From positions 1-64,000 of the forward strand of contig CDMY01000989.1 of the NCBI GenBank assembly GCA_001179505.1: a stretch of DNA of 64,000 bases, read 5' to 3'. The position numbers were made by a program, and so were the translations under genes. The notes beneath the pieces are model-generated. The model had not been told where the DNA came from, did no database searches, and saw nothing but the letters and a program-made list of their open reading frames with translations. This stretch comes from Vitrella brassicaformis CCMP3155. Lineage: Eukaryota; Protista; Chromerida. Positions 48,478 through 61,800 of this stretch are shown in pieces (within the stretch, counting starts at the first letter, position 1; each line of letters starts with the position of its first letter).

Positions 48478-50919
48478 TCAGTCGTGTGTGTGCAGTAGGA
48501 AGCTGAGAGCGGCATGGAATGTCGAGAAGAAGTATGACGACTCGGCCAGGCGGCTCTCGGACGGCTTCTGCGACATGTGCAGGTCCACTAAGGCCGCGTG
48601 CGACAGCACCTGGACCAAACCGCTCATCGCCAACGCTCCGATGAACAGACCCAAGACGTCGTCCGCTGTGATCTGTCGGGGCAGAAAGAGATGACTGATG
48701 TGACTGATTTCTCCCTTCATTGTGTGTATGTGCGTGTGTACCTCACTCACCTCGACAGGTCGCCTTGACTGCACGGCTCCCCTGGCCGCTTTCTTAGTGT
48801 GCTCTTCAACGCTGCCTGAATACAATGCACACACGCATCCCTCCATCCATCGATCGACATGGAGTGCGGGGATGCGGTGTAATGAGTGTGGTGGTGTCAT
48901 CTCATGCAGTGCAGTCAGTGTGTAGTGTCCTGTACGGTGGATGAGTTGGCAGCTGTCCCGGATGCAGTCGAGCTTCTCGTGAGGGGACGCCAGATCCTCC
49001 AGCTGAGTGAGTGATACACACGGTGGACACACACACACATCCACTGGCATTGATGTGCCTAAACCAGTTCCCCCGTTCACTTCACGTGTGTGTGTGTGTG
49101 TGTACCTCTTTCAGCTTGTCTGCCGGTGGCTGCAGGTTGACGTCCCGCAACGCCGAAGGAATCTGCGGCGGGCCGGGCCACGACAGACAGTCACACATTG
49201 TCTGTCAACTGGCTGCTCGTGCGCAAACCACCAACCAACCTACCTGGAAGTAGTCGAAGAACTGTCTGCTGACGGCGAGGCTCTTGAGTTTCCGCTGCAC
49301 GATGGCCTCCTTGTCGCTGAGGGCCTTGGTCAGGTGGTCCCACAGAAAGGGGTGCAGCTGGCTGTAGACGTACCTGCACACAGACATAGGGAAGCGGTAC
49401 GAGATGAGAGAGTGGTGGGTGTGTCCATCCCTCCATCCCTCCATCCATCCATCCATCTGTTGTGTGTGGTGTGGTGTGCGTGCCTTTCCATGGTGAGGTG
49501 TAGCTGGTGTCTGTGTTGTCCCATCGCCCCACCGACTTGCTGGCTCTGCTGACGCCATACACGACCCACCTGTGAGTACAGATGCACACAAGCAAAAGGC
49601 AGGCAGACAGGCCGGGCACACAGGAGGACAGAATCGTGTAGGTCGGTGGCTGCCTGATGGATGGATGGATGGATGGATGGCTCACTCCTTCACTCTCTGA
49701 CCGCTTCTGAGCAGATCTCCTGCAGTCGGTACGCCACATCGTCCTCCAGACCAGCCACCTGCAGCCATCGACACCCGCCCGCACACACATCCCTCCGTCC
49801 CTTTATCCCTCCCTCCCTCCATCCCTCCCTCCCTCCCTCCCTCACCAGCACGTATGTGTTCTCGAATCGTCGAAGGGTCCTGCTGAGGCTCTTCTGCAGC
49901 GTCTGATCCAGCTGAAACCACCTGTTTATGGGGGGCGGACACACGCACACGACCACACACAACAGGGCAATCATGACTTGGGCTGCCATTCGCCAAGCCA
50001 TCCATCCATCCATCCCCTACTCGTGCACGGTTTGCTCCACGGCAGCTGCGGTTGACATGGCTGCGGCGGATGGCGACCCCTGTGACCCACTGCGTGACGA
50101 GTTGCGGCCCCGGCTGGTGGTGCCGCGGCCCGACACGGTGCCGGTGCTCTCAAATCGACCCTGGAGAGGGCGGTCGATGCACACCACTGACGGATGGATG
50201 GATGGCACAGACATAGAGGTAGAGTGGTGTTTGAATGAGTTCATTGGATCGTTGTGTGGTGCCTGCCTCCCTGCCACTGACAGACCTTTGAAGGTGTTTC
50301 CATGGTCGTACAGGCTCTCCTCTTGCACGACGGCGCAGACGCGCTGCTCTTTGAAGCCGAACGACGTGAACACACAACTGTTGCGGATCTCTGCAGCAGG
50401 GCGGGTGAACGGACTCACTCATAGGACGCTTGGTAGCCTGTGGATGTCTGTCTGCCTGTCTGTCTGTCTGTCAGTCTGTCTGAGTGGGTGTGGTGGCTCA
50501 CCCACTCCCTGCCCTATGACATTCAGAAAGTGGCCTGGAATCAACACACACGCACTCATCAACCAATCGATGGCTGCACTCCTCCTTCAGGTCTGTCTGT
50601 CCGCTATACGCACCGCACCTGGTATGTGTGTTGCCTGCAGAATATGAGTCTCTGACAAACACAAACACACAACACACACAAAGATTCAACTCATTGCACT
50701 GCATGTCTTCTTTGCCGCAGACAGACAGACAGACAGACAGACGGCCTGACCGATGAGCACTTGTGTGATGTGGACGCCCAGCAGCGACGACGCGCACGGC
50801 AGCAGCAGAATGGTCTGCTTCTCCGCCACGAACTTGTAGAGTTTGTCGAAGTTTTGCCGCAGCACAGTGAGGAACGGGTTGGAGCTCAGATCTTCGCCTC
50901 CTGGGACACCTGCACTCAT
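48478..50919 (-). CDS. VPS9-domain Rab GEF with a VARP/ANKRD27-like N-terminus; 3' end approximate
   Basis: EDLSSNPFLTVLRQNFDKLYKFVAEKQTILLLPCASSL and EESLYDHGNTFK/VVCIDRPL resemble the VARP N-terminus. SPHEKLDCIRDSC, ITADDVLGLFI and ESSYFFSTFHAALSFL are VPS9 motifs. Confidence 0.82.
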
Positions 50920-50963
50920 CCTGATAGCCCGTGAGCAGATCTTTTCACCGCCGATCCATCCAT

Positions 50964-50976
50964 TGCGCGCTTGGCT
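50964..50976 (-). promoter_or_regulatory. Motif variant AGCCAAGCGCGCA (2 mismatches)
   Basis: Plus strand tgcgcgcttggct in the 129-bp spacer between the divergent ATGs at 50919 and 51049. Confidence 0.4.
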
Positions 50977-51048
50977 GGCAGACTCCCCCTCTCGGGGTTT
51001 TCACTCATCGCTGGTTTTGGCATGTTCTGAGGATGGTGGTTGGAAGCG

Positions 51049-53018
51049 ATGCTCAGCTCCCGTGATCTGCTGAAGCTGAAGCAGTCATCGACATTTTTGA
51101 TGCGCATCCGGCCCTTCAGCACCACTGCAGCAGCACCACCAGCAGCAGCTACACCAGCTCCACCAGCTACACCATCAGCACGCCCAAGCAGGGCACCATG
51201 CAGCTCTGCCCATGTGCACCAGCATCTCGACGTTGCGCGCGCCCTCAACAGCCTGGCAAGAAAGCGCGGCCACACGGCGGCTGACCGCGAGAGCTGGCGG
51301 GTGTCGCTGCTCAGATCTCTCAGCCAAGCCCACCGTTCGTCGGCAAGGGAGACCGCCCTGGTGCTCAACGCCTGCAGAAGATGCCCGTTGGTCGCTGATG
51401 AGGAGGGCGGCGACTTGGTGCGCAGCGTTGCGGAGGCCTACACGCGACGGGCGCGGCAGATTGTCCCGTCGTTCAACGCTCTGGGTCTGACGGTGGTGTG
51501 CAAGGCCTGGTCGCAGCTGCGGCCGCTGTTGACTGGGCTGGAAGGAGGTCTGGTGGACGACGACCTGCTGCTTCGGGTGAGCGAGCGGCTGCAGACCCAG
51601 CTGCAGCGCATCACGCCCCTCACCCTAGGCAACCTCCTCAACGCGCTCGCCCGCCTGGACTTCCGCGACAAGGCGCTCCTGACGAGTCCACCGATGCAGG
51701 AAGCCGTCAGGCGGTGCCTGCCGTCGCTCAAGGCTTTGGACTTGGTGCAGGTCATCAACGCGTTTGCGCGTCTGGAGTGGCGTGATGTGCCGCTGCTGCA
51801 CCTGCTGGCGGACCGGTGTGTGGACCAGGTCGAGTACATGGACTGCGGCGGGCTGAGCCTGGTGGCGAATGGGTATGGGCGGCTGGAGGTGAGGCATGAA
51901 CGGCTGTTTGGCCGGATGGCGGACAGGCTGGCGTCGTGTGGGCACTCGTGTGGGCTCAGGGATGTGGCCATGATACAACACGCATTCGCTAAGTGAGTCG
52001 AGTCAGTGGGCTGGGCGATGAATGGATGGATGGATGGATACCAAGATGATTGATCGATTGCATGTGTATGTGGCGCAGGTTTGACTTCCCCTTCACGCCC
52101 AGCGTGTTCGAGGCCACCTGCAGTCTGCTGCCGGCATGCCTCTCGTCCGCCCCGTCCGCCTCACCCCCCTCCCCCTCCGACCAGCAGCACTCCCTCACTC
52201 TCATCCTGACGGCAGCGGCCAAGGTGGGCTTCAGGGACCTCAGCGCCATCGCCCCACTCATGCAGGTCCTGTTTGACGGGTCGGCATCGGCCCCGCTGCT
52301 GCACTCTCTCACTCCGGGGCAGCTGGCCATGCTGACATCAGCCATGGGGCAGCTGGCGCAAAGCGACGAGAGGCTCGTGGTCGGCCAATTGGCTGAGGGG
52401 GATGATGAGCGTGTTTATCGCGAGTGGCGTGGGTGGTGGGGTCAGCTGCTGCAGCAGCTGGAGCAGCAGCTGCAGGGCAGGGCCCTCATAGTCACGGCTG
52501 CAGCCGGCACTGAAGAGGCCTCTGGACCACATCGACAAACAGCGGCTACAATCCCCCCTCATCAGACAGGCCCAGCAGCAATCGTCGACCTGGACGAGCT
52601 GCCCGATGGACAGGAGGACAGTGACAGTGACGACACCCACAAGAATGATGAGTGGGTGGACGGGCGGGAGACGGCTGAGGGGAAGGGCGACGGGTGGGGG
52701 GAGATGGAGCTGTCCACTGTGTGCCGGGCGCTGGCGGCCGTCAAGTGCCGTCACATGCCTATATTCGATGCCGTGGCGCAACTCATCCAGGTCAGTCGAA
52801 CAGACAGGCAATGAGGGGGCCCGTAAGACACCTATCACACACCGTGTGTGTGGTGTTCAGGCGCCTGAGAGTGTGCGTGGCTGGTCGGCGTGGTCCCTCC
52901 TCACTGTTCTGCGGGCCTTCGCCACCCTCAAAGTACACATGCACACTCACACACTCACACACACACAGACAGACAGACAGACACGAGTCCGCCCTGGCGG
53001 CTGGTTGATCGATGCATG

Positions 53019-53054
<36 letters not shown>

Positions 53055-54718
53055 TGTGCAGCATCACCATGACGGTTTGTTGAGGCGCCTTGACAGTGCT
53101 GTGGATGATGTGAGTTGGGAGCTGGACCTGTCAGCTGCGTGTGAGTGGGCCTCGCTGAGGTGGGCCCTCACCGGCCAGCATCACGACGGCCTCCTAGCGA
53201 CCGTCGAGCACCTCATTCAGCGGCACAGACACAGAAACACAGCTCGCCAACCGGCCAGGCAGCAGCAGCCACCACCGTCATCGGCTCCACATGTGCCGCC
53301 CCGTGACCCTGAGAGATGGACGGTGGCGGCATCGCGCCCAAGTGGCCTGCAGACGCCCCTTGTCGACCTGTTGGCCTGCCTGGCCGTGCCAGGGGGGCCA
53401 AGATGCATCGAACAGAGCGATGATGCCGCGTCAGCCGCTGCGTTGCGTTGGTATCGGGTGATGCCGTGCACTAGTGAGGGTGTTGGGGGGTTCGACGTGA
53501 GCACCGTTGGTGTGCTGGAGAAGGGATTGTCGGCACATTGCAGGTGGGATTGGTGGAGAGAGAGAATGTTCTCTCTCTCGTCATGCATACAAACTTGTGT
53601 GTGTGTGTGTGTGTGTGTGGTTGATGCAGGCGCTATGGTGAGATGGCTGAGCGGCTGGGTGGGGCGCTCTCCGCCGAGATCGGTGCTGTCATCGACGCGC
53701 AGACACTACCCACAGGTGAGCAAGCAGCCAATCGACCTAACCTGCCCACTGTGGGTGCATCGCCCATCTGTGTGTGTGTATCCCATTGGTGGCTGTTTGC
53801 TAGGTCTGTTAGCCAAGTTGGATGGTCTTCAGCGGCTGCTGGACTTGACATGGCCCCAAGGTATGTGTGTGCGTGTGCCATGCAGGCCATCCATCCGTCC
53901 ACCTACCTCTGCTCTCCCTTGCAGTTGCAGCAGCAGTGAGGCCGCAGATCGAGTCGGCTCTCCAAATCAGGACCACCAGCACCAAAGACAAGCAGCCACA
54001 GCCAACCGAGGCACCGCCCCCACAACCGCGCATGGCCGCCCGCCTCCCCTCGTCCACCATGAGGTCCCGCGGGCCGTTCAGCACCACAAGGCGGCGACTC
54101 GCACCACCACAGCAGACATCCACAGCTGACAGGGGGCGGAGGCAGGACACTCCACCATCACTATGCCTCAAGGGCGGTCATGCTGCGGCTGACGATGGTG
54201 GTGGTAGTTCTGAGGTGTGTTGGTCGCTGTCGGCTGGCCAGGCGGCCCGCCAGCTCATGAGAAGGAGGATGGCAACTGATCAAGGTGGTGGGAGTGACGG
54301 TGTCTGGGGTGTTGGCCATCCTGTGATGGTGCCGCGGCAAGTACTGGAGGCCTGGTGCGAGTGCGGTGATGACGGTGATGCTGCGGGAGACGGAGGACGA
54401 TACACTGAAGACGACCGGGCTCGACCGCTGGGAAAGGCGCTGGTGGATGTGTCGAGGCGGATTGTGAGCCATGAAGGCCTTGGGAGCGGCATGGTGGCCC
54501 TTGTGCTGCTGCCGACCATGGCTGACTTCGGGGCGACTGGTGTGTTGGGCGGCGGCGGTGGCGGCGTGTCTATGGCGACTGACTGGTGTGCATACCGACG
54601 TGAGTTGGCAGCGGTGCTGCGGGTGAGGGAATGGGCGCATGGTGATGATAGTGGCGTTGGTGGTGCTGGTGTGCCCGTGCCAGTGTGTGTTTCGGTTAGA
54701 GACTCGACGACCGAATGA
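51049..54718 (+). CDS. Helical-repeat organellar RNA-binding protein (heptatricopeptide/OPR/FASTK-RAP-like), probably mitochondrial
   Basis: Repeats of about 37 aa such as ITPLTLGNLLNALARLDFRDKALL, LKALDLVQVINAFARLEWRDVPLL, MDCGGLSLVANGYGRLEVRHERLF, LRDVAMIQHAFAKFDF. The presequence MRIRPFSTTAAA is basic and Ser/Thr-rich. Confidence 0.75.
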
Positions 54719-56685
54719 CCGACTGAATGACTGCTGATGGATGGATGGATGAACCACACACACACAGACACAGACACACACACACACACAGGTGTCACTC
54801 ACTGCCGTCATGCTGTCATCATCATCATGCGATCCGATCCGTTCCCACCCACCCACACAGACAAACCTCCCTCTGACTCTCACAAGTGCAGACAGTCGAG
54901 TCGGCCACTCAGTCAGGTTCATTCAGAAACACAGCATTAGTGAGCGGGCTGGTCAGTCTGGATGGCTGCAAAGGTGCCAACTGCTGAACCTCCGCTCTCC
55001 CTCACTCCTCCCCTCCCTCCACCGTACCATAAACACCCACCACCCACACCACAGAAACTGCTGCAGTCAATGCGTCCACCTACTCTCTCGGCAGAGTATT
55101 TCGTATGTGTGTGTGCGGGTCGATATCTCTCTCCCTCCCTCCCTCCCTCTGGACAAGTATGGGTGTGACCAAAAACACTTGTCTGTGAGCTGAGCTGTGT
55201 GCGACCGACCAGTCATCGAGTGCACCCTCACTCTCAGCCAGTTAGTGCTGCCTTCGGTCTGGTCGCCAGTCAGTCAGTCAGGTCGTGGCTGAGTAATTCT
55301 GTGTGGCTGGCCGATGGGAGCGAATCCGTCGATCGATCGACCTTCTTTCTCTCTACGCGAGAGTGAGTGAGTGTGTGGCCCGGCCCGCAGATGTGTGCAT
55401 GAAATGGATGGAGCCTGGCCGGCAGGGAGGGCAGTGGGAAGCACTGACCGGCCGACCGGCCGACAAAAATAAGAGAAACACCATTAGCCAGCCAGCCAGC
55501 CAGCCAGCCAGTCTCTCTCTTTCTGCCAAAATCTCTCCGATGGAGGGAGGGTTGGACGAGTTAGCATCCTGCTGGTTCCTTATCAAGAGGGCTGGTCAGG
55601 GTCCCACATATCCACGCAATATGTGCAGTCAGTCAGTGCCATCCAATTGCGCAAAGCATGCCGGCTGGTTCCACGCCACCATACTACAGAAAAGGATGGC
55701 GGCAGCCCTGTGCTCTCTCTCACCTGTCTGTCTGTCGTCCATACGCACCACAGCCGCCCTCCCAACACACACACACGCATCATGATGCACACACGCCCCG
55801 AGGCAGGATGGTGAAAGAATTCCTCGGGGGGAAAAAGACAAGACATCATTACGAGAGTGAGGGGAGGGCAGGGCGGGGGGAGAGCACCGATCGGCCGGTC
55901 GATCGGCCGGCCGATGGACATACACACACAAAACTGCTTGCAGACGTCGGCCAGCAAGAGACGAATTCGCCTGGAGCGAACCGCCCTGCTGGCTGGGCCG
56001 CGCTACGCTACGGATGGACGGATTGGTGGGTGGATGCATGGATATGCACACGGACGCACTCATTCACGTAGGCAGGAGGCAGACAGGCAGGCAGGCAGGG
56101 GACAAGAGTCAGGAAATCTCATCTCTCTTTCGGCAGGTATCTAGTGTAGCAGTCAGTCATTTCTCGCGTCATTCCAAGGGTCTGGACTGCCCATGTTCCA
56201 TCTCTCCGCGCTGCTCTCTCCATCATGAGCCCGACGCGACGGGGCGCGGGTGGCGTATGTGCACATACGTCACCGCGACCAGTCACACAGAGGCCATGAT
56301 GGACAGAGCAGCACCGAGCAGCAACACTGAGAAAGATACACACCGATGAATGGTGCTGCACCAACAAGCACTTGGAGGGAGGGAAGAAAGTCAGTCTCAA
56401 CCAACCGACTCTACTGATCTGATCTCAACCAACTGAACTGAACTGAACTGAACTCTCGCTGCTGAGCAGAACGAGTCGACTGCCTGGCGCACGTCCGTCC
56501 AGTCAGGCAGGCATTTCTTTATATGCATGCACGTATGCATCCCCCCTCCATATGTCTCTCTTACAACAGACAGACAGACAGGCGGACGGACGGACAGACA
56601 GAAGAAAGAGAGGACAGGCAGGTCAGCCGCCGAGTGAGTGAGGGAGTGTGAGGGAGTGTGTGTGGTGTCCGTGTGTGGTGTGTGT

Positions 56686-59600
56686 CTATGCGGCGGCCTT
56701 CTCCGTGGCGTTGGTGGCCGTCCCTGCTGTCGGTGCCGCACCGCCGGGCGGGGCGGCGCCCGTCGCCGTCTTGGGCGCGTTGGGGTCGAAGTTCGCTGCG
56801 GCGGACACACACAGACCACACACAACACAACACAACACAGTAGCCAATTTCGCTCTCTCTCTCAGAGTGTTTGGTGTCTGGTGTGTTGTGTTGTGTTGTG
56901 TTGGTTGTCGTACCGAAAGACCTGACTCTTGCCATGGGCGACTGGTCTGGTGCGGGTCGCTCGGCGTCCTCGAGCTTCCAAATGATCTGGCCGTACTCCT
57001 TGATGGAACGGTCAGTCGTGAACTTGCCCATACTCGCGGCGGCCTGATTGATCAAAGAAAGGCCCAGTGGATGGAGCAACAGATGCACCGATGGCCGGTG
57101 TGGGTGGGTGGGTGTGCGTCAATCATCATGTGACTCGCCTTGATGGACGTCTTGATCCAGTTGGTCTGGTCTTTGTACAGCGCGTCCACCTGCTCGTTGG
57201 CCTGCACACACACCACACACACCACACCACACAGATCCGTGTGTGTGTATGTATGCAGCAGCAGCAGCTGCTGCTGTGTGGTTGGCCTTGACCCACCTTG
57301 CAGTATGAGGGGAAGTCGTGGCAGAGGATGTAGAAGTCGCCGTTGTACCCTCCGCCGTTGTTCCTGATCTTCTCAATCTGTCACCCACACACACAAACAC
57401 AAACACCACACACACAACAGACATGCAGTCCCTCCCTGCCTCTCTCCCTCTCCCTCCCTTGCTACCAGTCCGACGAACTCCGAGTGCGCCTCTCCGTCTC
57501 CGAGTGAGAATTTGCCGCTGACGATGGCGTCCATGACCTCCCGCAGCTCAGCGCTGATGGGGTAGTTGCCGTTCTTGGCCTTCTCACGGATGCCGGCCAC
57601 CTCGGGCTCCAACGCGCCAAAGATGAACATCGTGTCCTACACACAACAGACAGACAGACAGTGGGGGGTGGGCGAGAGGGGTGGCAGGTGTGAAGGGTCA
57701 AGGTACCTACCTCTCCGCATTCCTCCCTGATTTCGACGTTGGCTCCGTCCATGGTGCCGACGATGAGCCCGCCGTTCATGACGAATTTCATGTTGCTCGT
57801 GCCCGACGCCTCGGTGCCGGCCGTCGAGATGTGCTGAGATATGTCTGATGGAGGGATGAATGGATGGATGGAGGCACAGAGGGACAGAGGGACAGATGGG
57901 TGGAGCAAATAACACCGCGTGTGTGGTTGGCGCTGACCTGATGCGGGGATGATGGTCTGGGCATTGGACACGTTGTAGTTGGGCATGAACACACACTGAC
58001 AGACAACCGGGGACACACACAGAGACAAATGGACACACACAAACGAAAAGGCCACAAACGAACGGGGCAGCAACCCACCACACAACACGCCACACACTCT
58101 TGTGTGCCACCCAGCCGACCTTGAGGTACTTGGATGTGTCCGGGTCGTTGTTGAGGACGAGGCCGATGTTGTTGCATAGCTTGATGATGGTCTTGGCCAC
58201 GGCATACCCGGGGGCCGCCTTGCCGCCGATCAGACACGCACGCTTGACCTGCTTATCGCGGTCGCCGGGGCTCATCTTCTTCAGCTTGAAGTAACTGCGT
58301 CACACACACACACACACACGGGTCATGACCCACACAGAGAGGAGTGAGTGTCTGTCTGCCTCTCTGTCTGTCTGTCTGTCTGTCTGTCCGTGTGTGTGGG
58401 AAGGGGGATGTTACCGACCGGTGGATGATGTAGAAGCAGTTGATGAGCTGTCTCTTGTACTCGTGGATGCGCTTGACCTGGATGTCGAACAGCATGTTCT
58501 CGGGGTCCAAGTCGATGTCGCAATTCAACTTGATCTACACAACACAACACAACGCAGGCCCACACAGCGGAAACAGAGAGACAGACAGAGTTATCTGCCT
58601 GCCTTTGATGTCGTGTGGTGTGTGTGTGTACCCATTTGGTGAGTTTGACTTTGTTCTGCTTCTTGACGTCAGCCCACTGCTTCTGCAACTCAGTGCTGTC
58701 CTGTGCACATCACACACACACACACACACATGGAGCCCAGTGTGTCTGTGTGGTTGAGTGGACCCGTACGAGGTGGTTGACGAGTCCCTGGAGCATGGTG
58801 AGTTCCTTGAGCCAGCTGTCGGACCCCAGCCACTCGCTGAACAAGTTGGACAAGCCACGGTTGGCGCAGTGAATCCTACACACACACACACGCACACACA
58901 GACATACACACGAGATGATAGCCAGCCGCACGAGAAGGCGTGTGTGTACCATCTCCGGGGCGTGACGCCGTTGGTGACGTTGACGAACTTGTCGGGCTGG
59001 CCCTTGGCCTGGTCATCGACACACACACCCATACACAGATGGGATGCATCCACGCATCTCCCTGTCTGTCTGTCTGTCTGTCTGTGTCTTGTATGTGACG
59101 GTGGGTGGGTAGGTGGGTACTGGACCTTGTAGTAGTCGACGAACTCCGGGAAGAGGTCCTTCTTGACGAGTTCCGAGTGGATGGCTGCCACGCCGTTGAC
59201 CTTGTTGGAACCGATCACCGCCTGATCCACCCATCCAATGTGACGCAACACCGCCCGCACAGCACACAGGTGACCCTGCTTGCTTGGTGTGTGTGTGGAG
59301 GGGGGGGCAGTACCTACCATGTTAGCCATTCGGATCATCTTCTCGTATCCCTCTTGGTAGATGGACATTTTGGAGAGTTTCTCGCCGACGTCGCCCCACG
59401 ACTCGCGCACCTCACACAGGAACTTGTAGTTGATGTCGTTGATCAACAGCAGATGGCTGACAGACACAGACAGACAAAGAAACAAACAGAGAGAGAGGGA
59501 TGTCGAGTGCACTGTGTGGTGATTTGATGGCTCTGTGGCTGCCCTACCGCGGAAGCAGTTTCTCGATGAGGTGTGCGGGCCATTTCTCGAGGGCCTCGGG

Positions 59601-61243
59601 CAGCACCGTGTGGTTGGTGTAGTTGAAGCACTACACACACACATCCACACACCACTCCTTGCCGTGCGTGTGCATCCCTCTCTCCCAACCTCCCTCTCTC
59701 GGTGTGTCCGCACCGACCTGTCTCGTGAGGTCCCATGCCTTGTCCCAGTCGAGCCCCTCGATGTCGATGAGGAGGCGCATCATCTCAGGGATGGCGATGG
59801 TCGGGTGGGTGTCGTTGAGCTGGAAACACACCTTGGACGGCAGCTCGTCCCAACTGCGGCCCTCCTTCTTCTTGAACCTGATGATCAATGGATGATCAAC
59901 CCACACACACTTGTTGGTGTGTTGGTGTGTGTGATTGTTGGCCGGTGCGGTGTGGTGTGGTGTGCGGCACGTGCCTTCTGAGGCAGTCCTGGATGGTGGC
60001 GCAGACGAAGAAGTACTGCTGCTTCAGACGCAACTCCTTCCCCTCCCACCTGACCAAACACACACACACGTCTCCATCTGGGCACTAGGGTGTGTGAGTG
60101 TTTACGTGTTGTCGTTGGGGTAGAGGACGGCCGAGATGTACTCGGCACGCTGGCGCTCCTTGACAGCCTGCAGACCACACAGGATCGACATACACACACA
60201 CACACACACACAGAGGGAGGGAGGGAGGGAGGGAGGGAGATGACCACAATGGTGGCGTGGGAGTGCATTGTGTGCAGTGTGCGTACGTCGAGGAACTGGC
60301 CACGGTTGAAGGCATGGAAGTCAAACTCCTTGCCGGGACACGCTGCATCCAACACGCAACACACACACACACACACAGATGGATGGATGGGATCCCCTCA
60401 CCCTCTCCCTCTCTCTCTTTGGCAAGGCACGCACCTTTCCAGAGTCTGAGGTTGATGGTGTTGTACGTGTCGAATCCCGGGATGGGGTTGTCGTACGCCA
60501 TGGCCTGCACGATCTCGCCGCCCGTCCAGCGGTGCCGCTCGCGACCCTTGTCGTCCTTGTAAGTGTCCACGTGACTGACACACAACACAACACAATACAC
60601 ACACAAAGAGCCGCCGATAAGTGGAGCGGACTCATGTGGTGTGTGGTGTGTGTGTTGCCCCTCCATCAATGCAGTGGCTCACGCACGCACCCGTAGAACC
60701 GCACGGCGTAGGTGACGTCGGGTCGCTCGATTTCCCATGGGTTGGCGGTGACGAGCCAGTAGTCCGGGTGCTCCACCTGACGGCCCTCGACGATCTTCTG
60801 CTCGAAGATGCCGTACGTGTACCTGACACACACACCAAGGCAGCCCATCTGTCTGTCTGTCTGTCTGTCTGTCTGTTGTCTGTCTGTGTTGTGTGTGTGC
60901 GAACTAGCCTGATGCCGTAGCCCCAGACGGCATAGTTGAGCGTGGCCATGGAGTCGAGGAAGCAGGCAGCCAGACGGCCCAGACCGCCATTGCCCAGCGC
61001 CGGGTCGTGCTCGTGCTCATACAACTCCTCCTGAGGGAGGGATCGATCCATCAACCAGCCAACACCATGTTAGCCACCGACTGGCGAGTGAGTGAGTGTC
61101 TGTGTGTGTGTACCAGGTTGTATCCGATGTCTGCGAGTGCCTTCTTGTAGTTGGGCTCGATGTCCAAATTCACCAACGCGTTCTGCATCGCTGCACAACA
61201 CAACACAACACAACACACAACACACAGGACAACACACACCACA

Positions 61244-61276
<33 letters not shown>

Positions 61277-61800
61277 TGTGTGTACCCCTTCCTAGCAGGA
61301 ACTCTAGGGAGAGGTAGTAGCACCTCTTGACGTCCTTGGCCGTGAAGAACTCGTTGGTGTCGTTGAAGGTCTCGATCAGCCGGTCGCGGATGCTGAAGGC
61401 CGTCGCACGGTAACACTCCTCCGTCGCAAAACTGAACCGCGTCGCCGCCAACGTGTACTCCTAAACACACAAAACAAATCACAAACCAAACCACGCATCA
61501 TAACACACCACACCACACCACACCCCGCCAGAGAGGGGCAGGTACTCGACACAAGTGCCCACGCACTACACCATCCATCCATACCACGTGGTTGACGATT
61601 CCCCTCTGGATGGAGCCGACGTCCGGTCCGAGGTAGTACTCCATGAGCTGCCATATCTTGTTGCGCTTGGCGTCGGCGTTGGGGTCGAAGTCCTTCTGGT
61701 GCATCCCCGCCATGTCTCGAGGCACGGCGCCCGTCAACTTGGAGAACGATGCCTTGCGCATCATCTCAAAGTTGTGGTCAGCGTGAGGGTCAAAGGCCAT
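56686..61800 (-). CDS. Glycogen/starch (amylopectin) phosphorylase, GT35, more than 20 exons
   Basis: [92 protein letters not shown], the PLP-lysine motif [24 protein letters not shown] and [14 protein letters not shown]. Confidence 0.97.

Noticed and set aside
36921-50919. RasGAP-like and VPS9 genes as a split GAPVD1 (RasGAP-VPS9 fusion)
   Set aside because: They are on opposite strands with three loci between them, and the VPS9 gene has its own VARP-type N-terminus.
54720-56685. ORFs in the 2-kb gap between the helical-repeat gene and phosphorylase
   Set aside because: No coherent spliced frame or recognisable motif, and the region is rich in simple repeats. Most likely UTR or intergenic sequence between convergent genes.
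4403-61800. Amylase plus phosphorylase as a starch-metabolism gene cluster
   Set aside because: They are 50 kb apart with about 20 unrelated genes between them, and the amylase looks secreted while the phosphorylase looks cytosolic.
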